DNA of 64,000 nucleotides. Origin: the human T2T-CHM13v2.0 reference genome, Homo sapiens. Below the pieces are notes generated by a model, which did no database searches, was not told the origin of the DNA, and saw only the letters and a list, made by a program, of their open reading frames with translations. The stretch lies in the NCBI RefSeq assembly GCF_009914755.1, contig NC_060927.1; one strand, given 5' to 3'. Shown in pieces: positions 43,356 to 54,706 of this stretch. Made by a program: the position numbers and the translations under genes. The number at the start of each line of letters is the position of its first letter. Within the stretch, counting starts at the first letter, position 1.

Positions 43356-43636
43356 GGCTGGGCACAGTGACTCACACCTGTGTAATCTCGGCACTTTGGG
43401 AGGCCAAGGTGGGTGAATCTCTTGAGGTCAGGAGTTCGAGACCAGCCTGGCTAACATGGTGAAACCCTGTCTCTACTAAAAATACAAAAATTATTTGAGC
43501 ATGGCTACTCAGGACACTGAGGCAGGAGAATCACTTGAACCCAGGAAGCTGAGGTTGCAGTGGGCGGTGATCACATCATTGCGCTCCAGCCTGGGCAACA
43601 GAGCGAGACTCTGTCTCCAAAAAAAAAAAAAAAAAA
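43356..43636 (+). mobile_element. AluS with ~20-nt right-arm deletion
   Basis: gagcatgg joined to ctactcagg; poly(A) tail. Confidence 0.94.
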
Positions 43637-44269
43637 GTCCTTACCAATTTGATAGACTCCAAATGGTATCTTATTGCTGTTTCTGCCTGTATATTCTTAC
43701 CCAGGGCAGACTTCGGTGCCAGATTACAGAGAACTTAGAATGTAGAAAGAACGGTGCAGACCTAGGCAACAGAAGGGAGGAAGACATGTGGGAAAAGACA
43801 TCCAGAGAGAGAAGCATCCAGAGAAAAAGGAGACCAGAGTCACATCCTTTTTGGCATGCAAATGTTTACATATTGCTTTAGGTTTTGAACATTTTCTTGA
43901 GAAGCCTTCTCACTTGCCTGCTCTTCAGAACCGACAGAGGTAGATGCCATCTCAAAAAAAGTAAAATAAAAGATCTCCTCCCAAATAGTATTTGAGCCAC
44001 CCCTGCTCTTCCTATTGTCCCTGCCTAATGACACTTGTTATTGTGTGAGAAAGTGTTGCTTTAAAGTATAACTTTCTCTGAAAACAGAGAGTTACACCTG
44101 TGTGGCCAGTCTTCCGTGCTGTCCAGGAGCTCCACCCTTGATTCTAGAAATGAGTTTGGAAATAACCACCACTGAATATGTGTTTGCTGGCTTCCTGGCC
44201 CTGGATCATCTGCTTTCCCAGTGTGATTTTTCTCCAGGTGTCAAAATAGCCCAGCCAGGTAGGCACTGC

Positions 44270-44430
44270 AGTAATTATCACCATTTGAACAGTGATAGAA
44301 ACTGAGGCACAGAGAAGTTGGGTAACCTTCCTGAGGTTACCACTGTTAAGTGGCAGAATGGAATTCCAACATGTCTTGAGCTCATATGCATGACATCTTG
44401 TGCTCTGCAGTGACTGCCTTCGGTATATTC
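44270..44430 (-). mobile_element. MIR
   Basis: gatagaaactgaggcacagagaagttgggtaaccttcctgaggttac. Confidence 0.8.
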
Positions 44431-44999
44431 TGTTTCAAACAGTTCAATGTTATCACTGGTCATCAGAAAATGTGCTAGCTGGGGAAGTTCTCTCATTCCA
44501 GTTTTGTGTGTAAACAAAAATATGAGACATTTTTGGAAGGGGTGGGTGGACATGTAACATGCTGTGTGCTCTGGTGAGAAACACTGTAAAATGAAAAATG
44601 AGATTAATGTTTCAGATTGTACAGTTCCCTAATTATGCTTTTAATTATTCATATAAAACAAGTAAAATGACCCCTGACAGAGATATAAATGATTTAGGTA
44701 AAATCAAATATTTATAAGATGCTGCTGATTCCCTGGGTGTATTGTAACAGATGCAATCAAAACGTTTTGCCTTCGTCCTGTGGATGCAAAATGTTATGTA
44801 TGGAACTTATAACTGGCTGAGAAGAATCAACAGTGTTTGAAACACTACTGAGCTAATGCCTAGATGTTTTGACATCAGAACTAAAGGTATGTGGTTGGTA
44901 TAATATAATATTTTAGAAGATATTTTATTATATCTGTATATATAGATATATTTTATATAAGATTTTAGATATTATCTTCTAAGATATTATATTTTAAGG

Positions 45000-45282
45000 G
45001 TCACACAATGATAAGTTTCCCATTTTTACATTTTTAAATGATTTGAAAAGGAAAAGTCGGTAATATTTCATGACACGTTGAAAATTTTGTCAAATTTAAA
45101 TATCAGTGTGGTTAAATAAAGGTTTATTGGATCATAGCCTCACCCATTCATTTAAGTATTATCTGTGGCTGCTTCTGTGCTATAAAGACAAGATTGAGTA
45201 GTTACAGTAGAGACCAATTGGCCTGCAAAGCCTAAAATATTTACCAACTGGCCCTTTACAGGAAAAGTTTATGACCCCTGTT
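45000..45282 (-). mobile_element. MER58B-like hAT MITE
   Basis: aataaaggtttattgga...ggcctgcaaagcctaaaatatttacc...ggccctttacaggaaaagtttatgacccctg. Confidence 0.8.
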
Positions 45283-46684
45283 CTAAAACATGCCCAACAC
45301 AGAGTGAAGGTGGCACAGTGCTGTAGCATGTTTAATTGGCACAAGAAACACTTACTTTTACTTCATTTTATCCTTTAATTTGCTGTTCTACTAATTGAGC
45401 ATTCCTTGTATATTTTTTCAGAAGTTGGAGAAAAACTGCCTTTTGAATGCAATAAAAAGGGATTTATATGAGAAGGTTCCTTCACTTGCTTTTAATGCTT
45501 CCTTTATATAGAGAAGTACTGAAACTAATTGCAGTATTCTAGAAATGGGTCATTAGCCTAGTCCCTATCTTTTATGGAGACCTAATTTTCATGCAGGATT
45601 TCTCGCTAAAGCTCTAACTAGGATCTCTTTAGGAAGAGGAGACAATGAGGATAAGTACTTTCCCATGGCTTACACAAGCTTGGCTTTTGATCACAAACCA
45701 TTCGGTATATTGTTTGGCACCTTACATGTGTTTAGCAGCCAATAAGTATTTATTGAATGAATGAATGAATGAATCCACTTCTAGAGAAACAAAAAAAGGG
45801 AATATATCTCTTGAATAGAATTTGTTTTTTATGCATTTAGACATTATATTCCTTTTGGAAAAATATTTTTTGTCAGTGTAAATCCAAGTTATTCTCAATT
45901 TCTCCTTCCTGTATTTCAAGAAAGAGCAGTATATTTTTGAAATTTAGGGTTGGAATTTAATTGAGGTTCCCTATGTTGCGGATGCTTTCAGGTATTCTTT
46001 GGATGGGTTAAGGGAAAATATTTTTTTGCTTGAAAGTAAAAGAAACAGTCAAGAAAACGAGTTAGCTGCCAGTATTTGAGTGACTTCAAGAGTAGATTTT
46101 TGCATTACACTTTCCTGGGTACTGTTATTAAATACAGACTCCCAACTGTCTTCCCACTTACTGTTGCCTTGATATTGGAAGCACCCACAAATTTTTATTT
46201 CCTGATATCTTGCCTACATTTTCTGACCAAAGAAACATGCCTATTGCATCTGGCTGATCATATATATTTCCTCTCTTGTTCCAGACCTTGAATCTTGGGG
46301 TAGCCCCATGAATCAGTGCTTAAAAAGAAAAATCTTGCTCTCTAGATGATTTTGACCATCAAGCAGTTTTAGGAGACACTGATTCAGAGCGACTTTTTCT
46401 GTCATTGTTTCCATTTTTTTTTTTAAATCTGTTAAATGGATAAGTAATTCTGAGATCATTCTCTGGAAAGTATCATGATTTAGGGCCAACTGGTGCTCTG
46501 AGAGCATTCTGCAGCTAGAATGAACTAATTTATTCAGGCGGGTGTGTTCAACATATTTTTTCATAGGTACATGAGGACATAATTCATATCATGGTAATGG
46601 TGAACTTTATTAGAAGTAACAGAAAAACTCCATTTGGTTTTGAAACTCACTTTGTTTTCCTCTCTTCTCATTTGTTTCACACAG

Positions 46685-46833
46685 TCGCCATCCTTCTGAA
46701 AGACGACTATTTTGTCAGTGGAGCTGGTCTACCTGGCAGATTCAAAGCTGAGAAGGTGGAATTTCACTGGGGCCACAGCAATGGCTCAGCGGGCTCTGAA
46801 CACAGCATCAATGGCAGGAGGTTTCCTGTTGAG
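46685..46833 (+). CDS. PTPRG: Next coding exon (probably exon 4) of PTPRG; carbonic-anhydrase-like domain
   Basis: Long pyrimidine tract ending cacacAG (46683-84) and donor GAG|gtgaga (46834). 149 nt, phase 1-0. Joins the previous exon in frame (G+TC=Val): [50 protein letters not shown], with FHWG and GSEH alpha-CA motifs. Confidence 0.97.
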
Positions 46834-47644
46834 GTGAGAGAAAGTCAAGATCTCAACGTGTAGCTGTGCTTCGGTCTTTATGTTAATCAGATGCTGTGCC
46901 CTTACCCTCAGTCATTTTGCAAATCACAGCTGTACAGTACCTAACTTCCTCTCTCTGGAAACCCTTTATCCATAGTATGGCAGGTGGGTATCCATCCTTG
47001 TTTCTCACCTTTGTTTAACTGGAGAAACACAGAAGCCACAGGCATCATGGTTTGAGTAGACTCACTACTGGTTGATGATGTTCATCATGGGTTTCATTTG
47101 ACACAGTTTCTTTTCACTGTCTGTTCCCATTTTTGAAAGGTGACATTTTGTACGAAACTGGGTTGACTTCATTTTCACCCTTAAGAAAATAGAAAAGTTG
47201 GCAACATGAAGAGGAGTCTCTCTCAGAACCTTCTCTTGGTAGCAAAGTTTTAAGTTTTTTTTGCTCTCACTGGCTGTTGAAAAAGAGGCTGTGGTGGTAT
47301 GAGTCACTGTTAATTTTGTTAGGATTGATGGTGACATTTTGCTTCTGCTGTGTCAGTCTTCTCAGTGATCCATCCTGCTGGACAGAAGAAGGGTGTGGGT
47401 GCACTAGGTCAGATGCTGCTGTGTATCTGCTTAGAGCCAGGGTGAGGGCGGGAGCATGTCTCCAACTCCTTTATTAATGTTGAGTAGGGACAGCACATCT
47501 CTTCCAATGCCAACCTTATATATTTCCTCTAATCATGATTGTTGTGTGAATATTCTTTTGTTGTGATGAACATGTTTGTTTCTTGGTAGGTCCCCCATGT
47601 GGTAAGCCTTAGAAGTGTGTGGAAGAACAAAATAGATGTGGTTC

Positions 47645-48055
47645 TGAAACCTGCCCAATAGTCCTATAGACAGTTGCTTTGGATAAACATAGAAATTGAC
47701 CCTTCTGCTCTTAAAACTCCACACTTATGTTTTATTTGAGTTCCTTCCTCAGGAAAGGACCTTCAGGCCTCTCAAAAAAGTATCAAAGGGCTGAAGTTCA
47801 CCAGACCATTGCACCAAATACCTCCTTGCCCCTCCTTGGTTCTTGTTTTCTTACACATTGTTACATTTCTTCCTTGCTATATAAATCTCTAGTTTTAGTC
47901 AGTCGGGGAGCTGGATTTGAGACTGAGCTTCCATCTCTTCTCTCGACTGCAGCACCCGATTAAAGCCTTCCTTGGCGATGCTTGTGATCTCAGTGATTGG
48001 CTTTCTGTGCAGCGAGCAGCCGGACCTAGACCGAACCCCTGGTGTTTCAGTAACA
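47645..48055 (+). mobile_element. Complete solo ERV LTR (LTR47A-like), sense to PTPRG
   Basis: TG...CA ends (tgaaacc...gtaaca), GTTC flanking duplication, TATATAAA 47878-85, ATTAAA 47959-64. Confidence 0.88.
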
Positions 48056-49026
48056 GTTCCAGCCGATGGCTGTATTCAAACATGGAGTGACTTTTCACTG
48101 GTAACATATGTTAATCAAAGGAGCTGCATGGCCAAGAAAGGTTTTCAACTGTTAGAATTTCATAGCTTCTACGTCTTGTCCTGCTTTGATAATCTGATGA
48201 ATTCTTGAGACCCCCTTCACAAAGAAGACACATGCATCTATCTACACATAGATTTACATGTAACTGATAGGGTTTCGTCATTCTCCCTAGCTCCTCAGGC
48301 CCATTTTTGAACCCTCTAAGTATCCTGGAAGCTCTGTTGAAGAATCTCTACACAATATGAAAGTAATGTTTATTTTTCTATAGATGCTTATATGGCCATG
48401 TATATTTGTTTCTTATCCACTGTTCCTGGAGAAACCAGAGATAACTACTCTGAGAAGATGCTTCATGTTTTTTCTTGTTTAGCTGACAAATTCTCAGTAT
48501 CAGAATTCTTCCTGCATTAGGACTCCTCTATCTGTGGGACTTCCTATCCTAGTCACAATAACGATATCTTTCATGAGTTGGGTTTCTACTTAATTGGTTC
48601 TCTTCCACCCTTAAAATGGAATGAATCATTTCTTAGAAGTCTTAGCTTTATTTCCACTTGGAAAACTTTATTCCTAGAAGCAAAATTACATCATGTTCTT
48701 AAGTGTAGGATTTTCCTTCTGGTCTTGCTGACAGGTTCCCATTGGCAATATGAGTTGAAGGGGTAGCTTTGTGTCCAGCAAGCCTTGCTCTGAAGCCTCT
48801 TTGTCTTAGAATTGGGTTTCCGTTTGTTCATTTAATGTCGTTTTGGACAAAAGACCTGTCCTGAAAGTTTAAAAACTTAATCAGATGGCTACCTTGGAAA
48901 AGAAGACCTCTAGAGCTAGGAACTGGGAACCTTGCCTCTGTGTAATTACATTTCCTCATGCCAAAAATGGCCAGTTTCCTCTTTACATTTGATTCTGGGA
49001 ATAACGTATCAAAGACATTAATATCC

Positions 49027-49335
49027 TTTTTTTTTTTTTTTTTTTTTTTTTGAGATGGAGTCTCACTCTGTTGCCCAGGCTGGAATGTAGTGGCGCATGA
49101 TATCAGCTCACTGCAATCTCCGCCTCCTGGGTTCAAGCAATTCTCCTGCCCCAGCTTCCCAGGAAGCTGGGATTACAGGTGTGTGCCACCATGCCTGGCT
49201 AATTTTTGTATTTTTAGTAGAGACAAGGTTTTACCATGTTCGCCAGGCTGGTCTTGAATTCCTGACTTCAAATGATCCACCTTTCTCAGCCTCCCAAAGT
49301 GTTGGGATTACAGGCGTGAGCCACCGTACCTGGCC
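49027..49335 (-). mobile_element. AluS
   Basis: Long poly-T tail; attaatat on both flanks. Confidence 0.96.
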
Positions 49336-49793
49336 AGAGATTAATATTCTTTTGAAACCTATGGCTTTTGATGAATATTTCAGTTTTACATTTCTCAGAG
49401 GGAGCCATTGAATTCAGAAGCTAATTAGAAATGGCAGCCACCATGACCAGGCTTATTGTTTGACCAGGTTGTTTGGATGTTTTTCTTTTAAGTAATGTCA
49501 GATGGTAAGGCTGCCTATATCAATTGGGTTTCTCATTGAGGTCCATCTGATTCATAGCTTGATTTCTAAAAATGTGATAACCATATTAATGGTATATTTG
49601 GAGGAACTTGAATTTCAGAGATTAAATAACTGCATTAAATTTAACTTTAAAATATGCACAAGAAAGTTGCTTGCCTTTGCCCAAAGTGTGTCTGTGATAT
49701 TTTATGTTAAGTTGCTTTATTTGAGCTCTTCATTAATACCCATCTCTCCCTACGATTTTTATACTATTTGAGCATCTTACGCTTGGTTTATTT

Positions 49794-49840
49794 CTTTTCA
49801 TATAACTACATTGTTTTCCATATAACTACATTGTTTTCAT
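49794..49840. repeat. 20-bp tandem duplication
   Basis: (tataactacattgttttc[c]a)x2. Confidence 0.9.
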
Positions 49841-49989
49841 TCTTAAAAACTAGAATGAAAGTAAGAAAATTTAATTTATCATGGAGCAATTTATCAGCAT
49901 TGGGGGCATTAATTATTTGTCTTGCATGCAGTATGTATGAGGGCTACAGAAGAATCATTGTTGAAGATTGTACTAGGATTGGTAGAGTA

Positions 49990-50216
49990 CAGCTATGGTT
50001 CTGAGCTGGGGTCAGCATCTCCCCCCTGCACCCTGGGACATTAGGTAATGTCTGGAGACATTTCTTGTTATTGCCATTGTTAGAAGTGTTATGGTATTAC
50101 TTTCTAGTTGGTAGAGGCCAGGGATACTGCTATACATTCCAATGTAAAGGACAGCCCCCACTAAAAGGAATCATCCAGCCCCAAAATGTCACTAGTGTCA
50201 CTGTGGTGAGATTCTG
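49990..50216. mobile_element. MER20 hAT MITE
   Basis: gggacattaggtaatgtctggagacattt...ggtagaggccagggatactgcta...ccagccccaaaatgtca. Confidence 0.85.
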
Positions 50217-51871
50217 GAGTGGAGAAAGCAGTGTGTTTAGTGGAATTAAGCATTTCTTTATCTAAGTAGCATCATTTAAAATACATTTGAATAAAGAGGA
50301 CTTGTTTCTTGGGAAGTCATTCCATCCTCTTTGGTTTTTAGAGAGTAAATGTACCTTGCCTTATGTGTAACAGCATTGCTGTTCCTGGTTTCTTTAGTAT
50401 CTACTTGAGATGCAGTCACGACCTTGGGAATTTTAACAGCTCCCTCTGTGCTGTGGCTCTGCAGGCTGAATTTTAAACATGTGCCCCACAAGAAGCTGGA
50501 TCTGCTCCCTGAGGGTAAATGGCAGCAAACTCAACTTTGTAGGTTTTGTTGCTTCCCAGGAATTCTTTGAGGTCATCTGAGACAACTTTGTAGGCATCCA
50601 GAAATTAAAGCTCTCTGAATTTTCCTGGCTGGAATCCTAGACTCCGTCTTGTAGTTCCTACACTTAAAAACATCTAGTCTAATAGTTAACAAAGAAAGCC
50701 CTTGTACAAACAAAACAACAAAACAAGACGAAAGCTCTTCAATAACCAGTGTTCTTTACAGCTCAGTTAAAGTTAGAAAAGAAAGTTGAAGTCAGATTAC
50801 AATGCCATGCCTTGGAGACTGAACTCAATTTGGATCCTCAGATGCCCTCACCTCCTGTTACTGAGCTTTATTCCTTGCCTAGCAGCACATTTTTCTTGAG
50901 TATCTTCTGTTGTACCTGTGCTGGTACACAAAGATAAGTCAGAAAGTCACAGTTCCTGCCTTCAAGGTATTTACACTCCAGTGGTGACACAGAAATTAAA
51001 CATTGGTCATGTAAATATATGTGCAATTTCATTTGTGTTATAGTCTGAAGTAGAGGGACATTTTGATAGGGGATGGAAGCTTTCAATGGAGACATGGATA
51101 CTTATTAGACGGAAAAGATGAGTTGGAGCTTCCTAGTAGAATAAGGATATGCAAAAGCCCTGAGGCAGGTGGTGTTTGTTAAGTTTAAGGAATAAAGAGG
51201 CCAGTAGAGATTTTGGTAGGCAAGATAATGTCTCTTCTTCCAAATGTCTGCTGTAAATACGTTACTTTATGTGGTACAACAGACTTTGCAGATGTGATTA
51301 AGTGTCCTTAAAGTAAACAAACTCGGAATATTCCAGTCATTAAAACAGGATGACCTGTTTCATTTCTTCTGTGGCTACTCAGCTTTCTGTTGTCTGTCCA
51401 GCCACAGTTATCTATGACAGCTTCTATCGTATCCTAAACTTTTTTCCTATTCCACACTCATTCCTGTTCTGTGGTTGGTAACTTAAATAAAGGTTCATAT
51501 AACACTAATAGAAATTGAATCATGCTGTATTTCCACTAATAACCAAAGTTGCAGTTAATGCAAAGAGAAACCTCCAGATAAAACCTTTGAGAACTCCATT
51601 AAAGTGGGGGGTTCATTGCATGCTTGTTGTTTGAGGTAATTAAAATCTTATTTATGACAATAAAAGATCACGGGAGTTGTTGATTCAGACTTACTGGTGC
51701 TTTATGAGTTGAAGTCTTCAATAAGCTTAAATGATCCAAATTGATTGTATGTGCCCCTTCTGGTAAAAGTCACAGCTGGTTCATTTCAGCTCTGTTCAGA
51801 GCATTTTAGTGAATGAATAGAAGCAAAGGCATTTTTCCTAATGTATACCATGTACACGTGACCATATGGTA

Positions 51872-52470
51872 CAGGTCTGCAATCCCTTATCTGAAACTCT
51901 TGAGGCCAGATGTTTTAGAATTCAGAATCTTTCTTAGAAAGTTATTATAGCCCAGCGGTCCCCAACCTTTTCGACACCAGAGACTGGTTTTGTGGAAGAC
52001 AGTTTTTCCATGGACTGGGTGGGGTCGGGGGTTCAGAATGAAACTGTTCCACCTCAGATCATCAGGCATTAGTTGGATTCTCAAAAGGAGCATGCAGCCT
52101 AGATCCCTCGCACGTGCAGTTCACAATAGGGTTTGTGCTCCTATGAGAATGTACTGCTGCTGATTTGACAGGAGGCAGAGCTCAGGTGGTAATGCTCCTT
52201 GCCCACCACTCACCTCCTGCTGTGCGGCCCAGATCCTAACAGGCCATGGACTAGTACTGGCCCTGTTGGAGCCCATGTGCCATGTATATTTCAGAAGGCA
52301 ACCAGTAAGGTCTGGAACTACACCCTTAAATTCATTAATATTCCTATAACGAGCAAATGAACAGCCATGCTAAGTGGAAATATCAGTACTCTACATAGCT
52401 TCACATTTCTTCATATCTGGTTTTACCACCAAATTAGTTTTTGTACCAAATTCATAAAAAGAACAAAATA
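51872..52470. mobile_element. MER46C-like Tigger MITE, split by MER1B
   Basis: TA|caggtctgcaatcccttatctgaaactcttgaggccagatg...; homology resumes after ~52280 (attaatatt...ctaagtgg...ggttttaccaccaaat). Confidence 0.7.
51953..52275 (-). mobile_element. MER1B-like hAT MITE
   Basis: cagcggtccccaacctttt...aaactgttccacctcagatcatcaggcattag...ctcacctcctgctgtgcggccc. Confidence 0.9.
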
Positions 52471-53238
52471 CCTTTTTGTCTTGAAAAAGTATCCAGGGCC
52501 ATTGTATGGGTCTCATGCCTATTGAGTGACTTCAATGTCTTATGTCTAAAGAGCACTGCTGGGTAGTTACAACCATGACACAAGCAGGTTAAATCATGTG
52601 TCTCCCTGTGGGGTGGATGTGTCCCAGTACTTCTCTCTTCCTCCTCCTGTCTTTGTCTTCATATTGTGCAGCATTCTTAGGCAAAGTTCAGGATTGTCCA
52701 GCCAGAAGTTTCTAGTTTTAGGCTGACCTTGTTCTGTGATCGATTCTCCTTTGAACATTCTGTTTGGGCCTGCAATTGTCTTCAATATCCATGTCTTCAG
52801 GTATGTTACCTTGACCTCCTACTGCACTCTTCTCCTGTCTGCTCAAATCCTGCCTTCCTCCTGAGAGCCTTCCTAATGATTTGCCATCAATTTTATGAAG
52901 TCGATCGGGGTTCTTCCCTGGAATACGTCTGTCACATTTTGGTTGGAGAGTTGTCTTGTAATGACCCCTAGGTTATGGCTCAGGTAAGAGAATGTGTTCC
53001 TTGTCTCTGGTAAGCACGTCCAGTTGTGTCACACACATAAAGGCCTTGCACAGTGCCACCCTCTCCACACTGATGCAGGCACTCAGGTTCCTGCCTTACT
53101 TAGATGTGGACCAGCCTGTCTAGGGTTTGAGGCCCACATGGATCCTGAGCTTCAGCAGCATGATATGTTAAAGCCTAGACTACATGTCAGGTTGGGTAGC
53201 ACCGCTTAAATAATCCCTCCTTCACTGCTGGAATAAGT

Positions 53239-53550
<312 letters not shown>

Positions 53551-53702
53551 TGGAAATAAGTGTGATGGATGAAATACTTTCTTGAAGATTTATTTGTACA
53601 TTGGCATATTAAGGGCTTTGAAGAGTCCTCCGCTGAAGAATCTGTTTACCTTTGTTTAACACAATGTTTTCCCAAACTTACATGGCCTCTGTCCCTCTCT
53701 TC

Positions 53703-53703
<1 letters not shown>

Positions 53704-53736
<33 letters not shown>
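53704..53736. repeat. (TG)16 microsatellite
   Basis: Directly visible in the sequence. Confidence 0.98.
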
Positions 53737-53739
<3 letters not shown>

Positions 53740-53859
53740 AGTTCATAATATCACTGTTTTGGAAATGTAAGTTTATACTTTTCTCCTCTCAACCTTTAGT
53801 CCATATTCCTTTTAAGAAATGGGGTCCTGTTCAAATACATTGTTGTTTTGGTTTCTTTT

Positions 53860-54018
53860 CCTTTTCTATTTTGTTTTTGAGATGAAGTTTTCCTGTGTTG
53901 CCCAGGCTGGTAGTGCTGGCTACTCAGCAGCATCTCATGAGCCCAGGAGTTCAAGGCCAGCCTGGGCAACATAATGAGAGTCTATCTCTAATAAAATAAA
54001 ATAAAATAAAAAATAAAA
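53860..54018. mobile_element. Two fused Alu-monomer 3' fragments in opposite orientation (FAM-like minus, FLAM-like plus)
   Basis: ttttgagatg...tgttgcccaggctgg, then gagcccaggagttcaaggccagcctgggcaacata...(taaaa)n. Confidence 0.8.
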
Positions 54019-54209
54019 CTATAAAGACATCTTGGCTTGTTCAAGAAACAATTTTTTAGCATCTTTATGAACTTGATGCTATCTTGTTTTATCATTAGAA
54101 CTGTCATCAGAGGGGGTCTGAGATATTTTCTATTAAAAATAACATTTCCAGTATAACAGTTTTTCCCCCGTGTTGTGTACTTTATGTCAGTTCCTGGAAT
54201 TATTACAGG

Positions 54210-54706
54210 TGATGCACGATTTTTGCTCCTTTAGCTAAGCAAGGTCCAGGTTCTTGTCTCATGACCAGGAAAAATTAGGCACGTGGACACCAGAGAGTGA
54301 GTGCAGTAGAATTTATTAAGTGAAAGGAAAGCCTTCAGCAAAGAGAAGGATCCTGAAAAAATGGTTTCCGGTTGCCCCCTTCCCAGTTGAATACCCTGGC
54401 TTGTATCTAAAAAACTGATGAGGCTGGGTTCCTTATTTGTATATGGCGTGAATTCCTGGTGGCTCCACCCCATCCTTCCAGTGCGCATGCAGGCCCTTAG
54501 ACTGAGCTGCTTCATATTGATTTATTTCCCTCCCGTGCATGTGTTAAGGAATTGAATTGTCCGCCGCTGGCATATTTAGGCAAGCTCCCTGTGCAGGTTC
54601 CCTTATCTGCACAAAGTATCTGGTGTAAACACATGGGGCGGGTCGGAGGTTCTACGGGAACCCTTCCCTTACTGTCTGCCTATAGAAAGCTGGTTAACTC
54701 CTTTCA
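54210..54706 (-). mobile_element. Solo ERV1-class LTR (LTR27/28-like)
   Basis: Ends read tgaaaggagttaaccagc...gagcaaaaatcgtgcatca on the minus strand; minus-strand AATAAA near 54312 (tttatt). Confidence 0.8.
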
